A DNA stretch of 64,000 nt, taken from contig JAEEHW010000085.1 of NCBI GenBank assembly GCA_016281055.1, positions 15,203 through 79,202 on the forward strand, read 5' to 3'. The stretch's first letter is position 1, and each line of letters opens with the position of its first letter. This document shows, in pieces, positions 9,113 through 16,234 of the stretch. The notes below the pieces were generated by a model, which saw nothing but the letters and a program-made list of their open reading frames with translations, was not told where the DNA came from and did no database searches. The position numbers were made by a program, and so were the translations under genes. Source of the DNA: Prevotella sp. (GTDB lineage Bacteria; Bacteroidota; Bacteroidia; Bacteroidales; Bacteroidaceae).

Positions 9113-9574
9113 ATGAAAAAGATAGAAGGTGCGCTGACCGCCCAGGGTCAGAAGATAGGCATTGTTGCCTCACGTTTTAATGATTTCATAGTCACTCACC
9201 TCGTAGCCGGTGCAGAGGACTGCTTTGTGCGTCATGGTGGCAACACTGATGACCTCACCCTCGCCCTCGTTCCCGGAGCCTTTGAGATACCCCTCACTGC
9301 GCAGAAGATGGCAGCCTCAGGCAAGTACGATGCCGTGGTATGTCTCGGTGCGGTGATTCGCGGTGCCACACCACATTTCGATATGGTGGCAAACGAGTCA
9401 GCCAAGGGCATTGCCCAGGCAGCCATGCAGTCAGGCGTGCCGGTTCTCAACGGCATCCTCACCACCGACAGCATAGAGCAGGCCGTAGAGCGTGCAGGTA
9501 CCAAGGCAGGCAACAAGGGCGCCGACGCCATGCTCTCTGCCATAGAGATGGTCAACCTCAATAAATCACTATAG
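9113..9574 (+). CDS. ribH: 6,7-dimethyl-8-ribityllumazine synthase
   Basis: 153 aa. [25 protein letters not shown]...VPGAFEIPL...[19 protein letters not shown] is the typical RibH pattern. Confidence 0.9.
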   Translation: MKKIEGALTAQGQKIGIVASRFNDFIVTHLVAGAEDCFVRHGGNTDDLTLALVPGAFEIPLTAQKMAASGKYDAVVCLGAVIRGATPHFDMVANESAKGIAQAAMQSGVPVLNGILTTDSIEQAVERAGTKAGNKGADAMLSAIEMVNLNKSL

Positions 9575-9581
9575 TTTCAGA

Positions 9582-9718
9582 AAATTCTGATAACTCAGAA
9601 TACTCAGAATACTCAGATTATTCAGATTATTCAGAATATCTCGGAATACTCGGAATGTTCTGATTACTCCGATTACTCTGATTACTCCGATTCTTCCGAT
9701 CATTCCGACAAACTCCGA
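9582..9718. repeat. 9-bp satellite, 15 tandem units (consensus wwAYTCNGA; two units are 10 bp), filling the ribH-DUF1846 spacer
   Basis: aaattctga taactcaga atactcaga atactcaga ttattcaga ttattcaga atatctcgga atactcgga atgttctga ttactccga ttactctga ttactccga ttcttccga tcattccga caaactccga. Confidence 0.9.
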
Positions 9719-9728
9719 AAATTTAGCA

Positions 9729-11192
9729 ATGAAACAAGGTTTCGACAACGATAAATACATACGCATACAGTCAGAGCACATCAAGGAACGCATACAGCAG
9801 TTTAAAGGCAAGCTGTACCTCGAACTCGGTGGCAAACTTTTCGACGATCACCACGCCAGCCGCGTACTGCCAGGCTTCCAGCCCGACAGCAAGCTGCGTA
9901 TGTTCAGCAAAATCAGTGACCAGATAGAAATCGTCATCGTCATCAGCGCTGAGGATATAGTGAAAAACAAGGTGCGTGCCGACCTCGGCATCACTTACGA
10001 CGAGGATGTGCTGCGCCTGCGTGGCGAGTTCATCTCGCGCGGCTTCATGGTAGGCAGCGTGGTCATCACCCACTACAACGGACAGCATGCCGCCGACGAC
10101 TTCCGTGTGCGACTCAAGCGCATGGGCATAAAGTCATACGTCCACTATCTCATCGATGGCTATCCGCACAACGTGACGCTCATCGCCAGCGACGAAGGTT
10201 TCGGCAAGAATGACTACGTGGAAACCTCACGTCCCCTCGTCATCGTCACGGCACCGGGCCCCGGCAGCGGCAAGATGGCAGTGTGCCTCTCGCAGTTATA
10301 TAATGAGAACAAGCGCGGAGTGGAAGCCGGATACGCCAAGTTCGAGACCTTCCCGGTTTGGTCGTTGCCTCTGAAGCATCCTGTGAACATCGCCTATGAG
10401 GCAGCCACTGCAGACCTCAATGATGTCAATATGATTGACCCATTCCATCTGGATGCTTATAATAAGATTGCAATCAATTATAACCGCGATATAGAGATTT
10501 TCCCTGTCCTCAATGCTCTCTTTGAGGGTATCTACGGAAAGAACCCGTATAAGTCGCCAACAGACATGGGCGTCAATATGGTTGGTTTCTGTATCAGCGA
10601 TGACGAGGCATGCCAAGAGGCATCCAAGCAGGAAATAATACGTCGTTACTACGATGCCACAAACAAATTCGCCGATGGAGCCAACAACGAGGACGAAGTG
10701 CAGAAAATCCAGCTTCTCTTCCAACAGGCTAAGATAACCACCGACTACCGCAGGGTTACCGTAGCCGCTAAGGAGCGCAGGCAACAGTGTGGCAAGCCAT
10801 GTGCAGCCATCGAACTTGCTGACGGCACTATCATTACCAGTGAGTCTTCAGAACTTCTCGGTCCTTCAGCTGCGCTGATTCTCAATGCCACCAAGTACCT
10901 CGCAGGTATTGATCATGACATAAAACTCATACCGCAGGCAATGATAGAACCAATACAGAAAACAAAGGTGGAATACCTCGGAGGCAATAATCCGCGCCTT
11001 CACACCGATGAGGTACTCGTTGCGCTCAGCGTACTCTCGCAGGCTGACGACAACTGCCGCCGTGCACTTGCACAACTGCCGAAGTTCCGTAATTGTCAAG
11101 TCCACTCGACAGTTATGCTTTCTGAGGTTGACCGCAAGATTTTCAAGAAGCTCGGCGTAGGTCTTACATGTGATCCTGTAAAGAAAAAATAA
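9729..11192 (+). CDS. DUF1846 / UPF0371 family protein
   Basis: 487 aa. The N-terminus MKQGFDNDKYIRIQSEHIKERIQQFKGKLYLELGGKLFDDHHASRVLPGFQPDSKL matches my recollection of the UPF0371 family. Confidence 0.75.
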   Translation: MKQGFDNDKYIRIQSEHIKERIQQFKGKLYLELGGKLFDDHHASRVLPGFQPDSKLRMFSKISDQIEIVIVISAEDIVKNKVRADLGITYDEDVLRLRGEFISRGFMVGSVVITHYNGQHAADDFRVRLKRMGIKSYVHYLIDGYPHNVTLIASDEGFGKNDYVETSRPLVIVTAPGPGSGKMAVCLSQLYNENKRGVEAGYAKFETFPVWSLPLKHPVNIAYEAATADLNDVNMIDPFHLDAYNKIAINYNRDIEIFPVLNALFEGIYGKNPYKSPTDMGVNMVGFCISDDEACQEASKQEIIRRYYDATNKFADGANNEDEVQKIQLLFQQAKITTDYRRVTVAAKERRQQCGKPCAAIELADGTIITSESSELLGPSAALILNATKYLAGIDHDIKLIPQAMIEPIQKTKVEYLGGNNPRLHTDEVLVALSVLSQADDNCRRALAQLPKFRNCQVHSTVMLSEVDRKIFKKLGVGLTCDPVKKK

Positions 11193-11207
11193 TCAAGTAG
11201 TTACACA

Positions 11208-11327
11208 GGGCGTTGTAATAGCATAGCTTTTACCTCCTAATATGTATGCTTTTACCATGTAATAGCATAGCTTTTATGCGGTAAAACCTATGCTTTTACA
11301 ATGCCTTTGTAATACCATTCCTTTTAC
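11208..11327. repeat. 95-bp mosaic hairpin element (copy A) plus one extra degenerate unit; related copy at 49248-49342
   Basis: gggcgttgtaatagcatagcttttacctcctaatatgtatgcttttaccatgtaatagcatagcttttatgcggtaaaacctatgcttttacaat. It is built from quasi-palindromic ~19-bp units GTAAwAGCATAGsTwTTAC. Its termini are shared with copy B. Confidence 0.8.
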
Positions 11328-11414
11328 ATAACGAAACTATAATCTATACTGTTAAAAAAAGCTAAAAAATGTGTTAATATTAAGAGAAACATAGTTTTCT
11401 ATACAGAATTTTAT

Positions 11415-11422
11415 TAACTTTG
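11415..11422 (+). promoter_or_regulatory. Bacteroidota -7 box TAACTTTG at the head of the accessory locus
   Basis: Read in ttattaactttgcataat, 66 nt upstream of ATG 11489. Confidence 0.45.
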
Positions 11423-11488
11423 CATAATAAATTGTTGCCTTCGATTGGTTTCGGCGGCTATAATATTTGATGTGGCAAATAACTTGAT

Positions 11489-11737
11489 ATGAATGTAAAC
11501 AGCGAAATAAGAAAGAAATCGTACGTCTCGCCCGTTATCTCGTTCGACGAGATTGAGGAGGAGCAGGCGCTGCTTGCAGGCTCACGCACGGATGGCGGTG
11601 GTAGCGAGGTTGATCCAGGTAATGGAGAAAACACTGGCAACGACCCTGATCTCGGTGGCTCCAACGGCGCCAAGGGTGCTACAGGCTCGCTTGGCGGAGG
11701 CGATGAGTATGATTTCGTGTTCGAGTACGACGAGTAA
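11489..11737 (+). CDS. 82-aa acidic Gly/Asp/Asn-rich hypothetical protein, no signal peptide
   Basis: ORF track: MNVNSEIRKKSYVSPVISFDEIEEEQALLAGSRTDGGGSEVDPGNGENTGNDPDLGGSNGAKGATGSLGGGDEYDFVFEYDE. It is the first ORF after the promoter box. Whether it is coding is not proven. Confidence 0.45.
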   Translation: MNVNSEIRKKSYVSPVISFDEIEEEQALLAGSRTDGGGSEVDPGNGENTGNDPDLGGSNGAKGATGSLGGGDEYDFVFEYDE

Positions 11738-11797
11738 TACTATGTCGTCTGCTCCTGAACATGTGATGTTGTGTGACCTATTAACACCAAAAGGAAG

Positions 11798-13030
11798 ATG
11801 ATGAGGATACTGCTTTTCCTTCTTGTATTTCTGATGCAGAGTGCTTCCTCAAAAGCCATCACCTATGAATATAGGGATGGGTTGGGGTTGATTCCATCTT
11901 GGGTGAGATGGGATATGTGCGTCGGGTATCGCGAGGATGCGAATCGTAGCAGTCGTATGATCTTGTATATGTATCAGGTTGATACGGGGAACACGGCGTT
12001 CGGCACGTTCAGCGGCGGTGGCAAGGTAATGTATGATGACCATAATTATTTTGTTTATGGTCCCATTGACAAAGCCCACGATAGGAAAGACCGCACGGCG
12101 TTGGCGGTTTCATACACGGGTCAGATGCAGATGGCTAATGCCAATCCTGACCATATATATAAGTATGACTATATGGTGGCGAAAGATACAGTGACTGCCT
12201 CGCTGGGTGACTTTACTTTGAAACACCTTGGAAGCGTGTTGAGAGTTGAGTTGCCGATGCAGAGGGATATGCGCGTCACGAGGATGGTGATGAAAACATC
12301 TGGTGACCGTTTCGCAACAAACGCCACGGTGTGCGTTGATGAAGAAACTATAACGCCAACAGCGTTTTGTGACAGCATGGAGCTGAAGATGGACAGCCTG
12401 GTGATAGGGAAGGGCGACGCACTGGTGGCATACCTGATGCTCCCTGCAACAGATTTCACGGATGATACCCTGGTAATCAAGGTTGCATCAGATGATGGGA
12501 CGATAACTTCAGCAAGAGTAAAAGGCTGCAAAGTGTCTGCAGGACTTCTATATAATATAAAGGTAGGAGAAGAAGGAGAAGAAATTGAGGGTTCGGAAAA
12601 CTCAAAAGAAACTAAAAACTCAGATCTCTCAGATAACTCAGATAACTCCGAAAATTCAGAGTCCTCCGATAATTCCGAGTATTCAGAGAACTCCGAGCAT
12701 TCTGAAAACTCCGATTACTCCCCCTTGCAGGCAAAACCCGCGGAGGCTAACCTCGACGCAGATGGTAATGAAACCTCTCCGACAGGCCTGCTGACGCCTT
12801 TGCCAATGGCAACACCGGACGATGGACAGTTCCTAACGCTGAATACCCTCATAGGAGATGTCAATGGTGACGGTGAGGTAACGATGAGTGATGCCAACAT
12901 GGTAGTAAATATCTTCCTTGGAGGAAATGTTGCAGGAGCTGACATCAACGCTGCCGATATCAATGGAGATGGAGAGATAACAATGGCTGATGCCAATGGA
13001 ATAGTAAACTTGTTCCTTAATGGACAATAG
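11798..13030 (+). CDS. secreted pilin-like (fimbrillin-family-like) protein with an NSE/NSD repeat linker and a C-terminal type I dockerin
   Basis: Signal peptide MMRILLFLLVFLMQSASS without a lipobox Cys. The body shares its layout with the two downstream lipoproteins (YDYMVAKD..FTLKHLGSVLRVEL..LVAYLMLPATDF..AGLLYNIKV). The linker is GSENSKETKNSDLSDNSDNSENSESSDNSEYSENSEHSENSDYS. The dockerin is described in the next entries. Confidence 0.7.
   Translation: MMRILLFLLVFLMQSASSKAITYEYRDGLGLIPSWVRWDMCVGYREDANRSSRMILYMYQVDTGNTAFGTFSGGGKVMYDDHNYFVYGPIDKAHDRKDRTALAVSYTGQMQMANANPDHIYKYDYMVAKDTVTASLGDFTLKHLGSVLRVELPMQRDMRVTRMVMKTSGDRFATNATVCVDEETITPTAFCDSMELKMDSLVIGKGDALVAYLMLPATDFTDDTLVIKVASDDGTITSARVKGCKVSAGLLYNIKVGEEGEEIEGSENSKETKNSDLSDNSDNSENSESSDNSEYSENSEHSENSDYSPLQAKPAEANLDADGNETSPTGLLTPLPMATPDDGQFLTLNTLIGDVNGDGEVTMSDANMVVNIFLGGNVAGADINAADINGDGEITMADANGIVNLFLNGQ
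12590..12724 (+). repeat. coding 9-bp repeat (x-Ser-Glu/Asp tripeptide units), the same unit as the intergenic satellite at 9582-9718
   Basis: aac tca gat | aac tcc gaa | aat tca gag | tcc tcc gat | aat tcc gag | tat tca gag | aac tcc gag | cat tct gaa | aac tcc gat | tac tcc. Confidence 0.85.
12854..13027 (+). other. dockerin type I module (two EF-hand-like Ca-binding segments)
   Basis: GDVNGDGEVTMSDANMVVNIFLG - gnvagadina - ADINGDGEITMADANGIVNLFLN. Both segments match the D-x-N-x-D-G-x-[IV]-x-x-x-D dockerin loop plus helix. Confidence 0.8.
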
Positions 13031-13121
13031 AGATATAGAATAGTAAAACAATATAGAAAATAATACTGTAAGCAATACAGAAATTAATTCGAACTATAAA
13101 CCTGACGCGAAATATTAAGTT

Positions 13122-14378
13122 ATGAAGAATATACTGACATTTTCAATCATTGCATTTCTTGCGGCGCTGACATCTTGTTCATCAGAGGATATCCTCGGTG
13201 ACGTACAGGTGACAGAGCCGAAGGAGGGTACTGAGGCTGCCATCCCCGATGTTGTATCTGGCGATGCCTCACGAAGCGAATTGTACTATGACAATGGTAG
13301 CATGAGCTTCATGTGGAATGCTGGTGACGGTATTGCTATCTATCCTAAGTTCGTTGATGCTGATAAGCAGGGATTCTTTGGTGCAGAGTTAAGTCCGCGA
13401 ACAGACTATCTGTATGTGTTGGAAACGGCTCATGCAGAAACTAACCCTGCACTTAAGGGTTATGTGACAGGTAAGTTCGGTGAGACAGATGATGAGTCTT
13501 CAAGGTTGACGATAGCGGGAACGACTGAGTTCTATGCTTGGAGTCCGAATACCAGTACCCGTCAGTCTATAGCAACACCTGAATATGGATACTTGGAAAT
13601 GCCGGTTGATTTTACAGGTCAGAGGCAGGCAAGCAATGTTGCCATATCTTATTATCAAGAGGACAATGCTGCTTATACTGCATCGGAGAAGGCGGCATCG
13701 GGTCACCTTGGTGACTATGATTTCATGTACTCTTTGGCAGAGCAGGATCCTACCAACTTATATACCTATTTTGAGTTTAAGCATGTGCAGGGATTCGTGC
13801 GCTTCTATATGAAAGTGCCAGATCCGGATGTAGAGCAGGTGTTCGACTCTCTGTTGCTTTTCCGTAAGAACGAGGGTTTGGAACAATATAAGTTCACTAC
13901 AAAGGGAACATTTGATATGGAGGCAGAGGTCCTGACTCCTACCGAGCAGCCCTCAATGCTTAAGTTGCTCCTTGGCACCAACGGCTTCGACCTCATCGAC
14001 CATGACAGCGAAAGCCCACGCTATGGCAAGACATCCAATCTGTATCTGCGCAAGGGCAACTATATTATGATATGCTATATGGCAGTAGCACCGGTAGATC
14101 TTATGCTTGATGCCCATCCAAAACCGATTCTTTATCTCTGTAGCCATACAGGCACAGGAGATAATATGATAAAGAAATACTATAAGGCCACACTTGCAAA
14201 GAAGAAGATTGAGGCTGGAAAACTTTATCAGTGGTCTTCTGCCCTCGATGAGGAAGAACCTATCACATTCGAGGAAATTGAAGTAGAGGAATGGAAAGAA
14301 GAGGTTGGTTACACCAACACTGTTACCGACAGCACCTCTGGTGAGGATAAAGAAGGTCACGGTACGGAAAACTGGTAA
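13122..14378 (+). CDS. fimbrillin-family-like lipoprotein (type V pilin-like)
   Basis: Lipobox FLAALTSC|SSED. The body pattern DYDFMYSLAEQ..FEFKHVQGFVRFYMKV...MICYMAVAPVDL...IEAGKLYQW is typical of Bacteroidota fimbrillin/Mfa-like proteins as I recall them. Confidence 0.55.
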   Translation: MKNILTFSIIAFLAALTSCSSEDILGDVQVTEPKEGTEAAIPDVVSGDASRSELYYDNGSMSFMWNAGDGIAIYPKFVDADKQGFFGAELSPRTDYLYVLETAHAETNPALKGYVTGKFGETDDESSRLTIAGTTEFYAWSPNTSTRQSIATPEYGYLEMPVDFTGQRQASNVAISYYQEDNAAYTASEKAASGHLGDYDFMYSLAEQDPTNLYTYFEFKHVQGFVRFYMKVPDPDVEQVFDSLLLFRKNEGLEQYKFTTKGTFDMEAEVLTPTEQPSMLKLLLGTNGFDLIDHDSESPRYGKTSNLYLRKGNYIMICYMAVAPVDLMLDAHPKPILYLCSHTGTGDNMIKKYYKATLAKKKIEAGKLYQWSSALDEEEPITFEEIEVEEWKEEVGYTNTVTDSTSGEDKEGHGTENW

Positions 14379-14432
14379 TGATTTAATTCATAATGCATAA
14401 TTCATAGTTTCGGAATTTAACTGACTATTTTC

Positions 14433-15641
14433 ATGATAAAGACTAAACACATACTTATGGTGAGTGTCGCCGCCCTCATGACGGCATGTTCCAGCGACGA
14501 ACTGGCGCTGACACTTCCCGACGGTTACGATGAGATAAATTTCACCGTAGGCAATGGTACCGCTAACCTTACTCGTACAGAGGGTTACCTGCCGTATGAC
14601 TATGACCGTGACCCGCACAGCATGAGTGTATTCGGATGGTACAACCTGAGTGCGGAAAATATGGTGAAGCCAGCCAACACGATGTTCAACAATGTTGAGG
14701 TTACGGCAGGACGTGATGATGAGAGTGGTCTTGTGTCTTGGACATACGTCAACAAGAAATATTGGTTTGACTATGCTGCTTATTCGTCATTCGATTTCTT
14801 TGGTTGCATGCCTTACGATGCATCTGCATCTCTTGTATCAGGAGCAGCGGTTGGTAATGCCCAGAGCTATGAACTCTCCATGGATGTTGAGTTTGCAGAA
14901 GGTGCAGCGTTCTCACCTGTTGAAACTGCGCTTATGTGTGCTCTGCCAGAGCATAAGAGGTCTGCAGAGGGTGTCATTCCGTTCAAGATGGATCAGACGC
15001 TCACAGGTTACACTCTCGTGTTCCAGCTTGGTGAGCAGATGGATGCCTTGCGTGATTTCATTGTCAAGGAGGTAAAGGTATATGGTAACTCTTTGGCACA
15101 TAGTGGCCATGTGTCTCGCACCTATACCTATGATGGTGACGAAGGAGTATGGAGTGCCGGAAATATCACATGGACTGTAACTCAAGATGACTATACCGAT
15201 ATCCCAAGCACCACCGATGTGGTTATACCATATAAGAATAATTCAAATGATGTGGCAGACCTCGTGCCGTATTATACCGATCCTGTAGCGGAAGTTGGTA
15301 ATACACCGGCAAAGCCAGGCACCATGCGTGTTACCAACGTGCCTGTACAGTGGGGCAATGCCATATATGTGATACCTGTGGCAGGATTCAATCCTACATT
15401 CCAGGTGAAGTATGACGTTGTAGTGCAGGATGAGGAAGGTCATGACATCATTACACGTCATGATGTTGTCAGCACCATACAGTTCAACCCTGACTTCTTC
15501 AAGCGTCTTACCAAGAATGCAGAGGAGAGTCCTGTAAAGATGGGTTACACAAGACCAATCAACATAAAGATTGTGCCTGATCACCTCTACGTCCTCGCCG
15601 ATGCCGACCAGACATTCGGTTACATGCCAGTGTCAGACTGA
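14433..15641 (+). CDS. fimbrillin-family-like lipoprotein (type V pilin-like)
   Basis: Lipobox AALMTAC|SSDE followed by EINFTVGNGTANLTRTEG, a typical fimbrillin start. Later comes IPFKMDQTLTGYTLVFQLG...VKEVKVYGN. Confidence 0.55.
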   Translation: MIKTKHILMVSVAALMTACSSDELALTLPDGYDEINFTVGNGTANLTRTEGYLPYDYDRDPHSMSVFGWYNLSAENMVKPANTMFNNVEVTAGRDDESGLVSWTYVNKKYWFDYAAYSSFDFFGCMPYDASASLVSGAAVGNAQSYELSMDVEFAEGAAFSPVETALMCALPEHKRSAEGVIPFKMDQTLTGYTLVFQLGEQMDALRDFIVKEVKVYGNSLAHSGHVSRTYTYDGDEGVWSAGNITWTVTQDDYTDIPSTTDVVIPYKNNSNDVADLVPYYTDPVAEVGNTPAKPGTMRVTNVPVQWGNAIYVIPVAGFNPTFQVKYDVVVQDEEGHDIITRHDVVSTIQFNPDFFKRLTKNAEESPVKMGYTRPINIKIVPDHLYVLADADQTFGYMPVSD

Positions 15642-15711
15642 TGTGAATGGGTGTACGGTATGGGACCGTAAGGAACTCATGGATGAATCAGTATAAAGAA
15701 AGGAGGAGAAT

Positions 15712-16002
15712 ATGGAAAGGCTAAGAACAATTAGTCCAGAGGCTCTGCCTTATTGGAATATGATTAAGGATGCCAGTCCAGAGGTGAAAAATGAGTTGGG
15801 ATATTACCTCATAAATATTCCCGTTAGTATGGGAAAAGATAATGAGACAATATCATCATCTCATAAAGTGGATGAAACAGATCCACAGACTGAGGCTTTT
15901 TTGGCTAAGTTTGCTGGCAAATGGCCCTTCGAGGGCGTGACGGCGGCGGAGCTTACAAGCATCTGTGAAAGTAATCGAAAATATCCGGGGCATACGCCTT
16001 GA
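15712..16002 (+). CDS. 96-aa hypothetical cytoplasmic protein
   Basis: ORF track. It is preceded by an unusually good SD-like AAAGGAGGAG 5 nt upstream. The C-terminal FLAKFAGKW...VTAAELTSICESNRK resembles a small uncharacterised Bacteroidota family from memory only. Confidence 0.45.
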   Translation: MERLRTISPEALPYWNMIKDASPEVKNELGYYLINIPVSMGKDNETISSSHKVDETDPQTEAFLAKFAGKWPFEGVTAAELTSICESNRKYPGHTP

Positions 16003-16234
16003 GAACTGAGTTACGAGAGAATGAGAGAAATTAAAGAGAAGGAGATAGAGATACTTTGTTACCTATACTAAACTAACGTGAGATTCACTGACTAACTAAA
16101 AAGACAAATAAACAAGTCAAACAAACAGAACTAATAAACAAAACTGACAAACAAGACTTAAACAAGCAAGACTTAAAAACCCTGTTTTGATTAAGTACGA
16201 GTAATAATTAGAGAAACTAAAAAAATAAAATATC

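Noticed and set aside
8502-9173. 223-aa minus-strand ORF spanning ribBA-ribH
   Set aside because: It is antisense to two well-supported rib genes and crosses the 9-bp repeat spacer.
9582-9718. Possible CRISPR array (also considered for 2913-3010 and 49361-49514)
   Set aside because: The repeat periods are 7-10 bp with no unique spacers, and no cas genes are present. These are micro- or minisatellites, not CRISPR.
11553-11801. 82-aa + ORF overlapping the 11489..11737 ORF in another frame
   Set aside because: It overlaps both the small acidic ORF and the start of the dockerin protein gene. It has no promoter or start context of its own.
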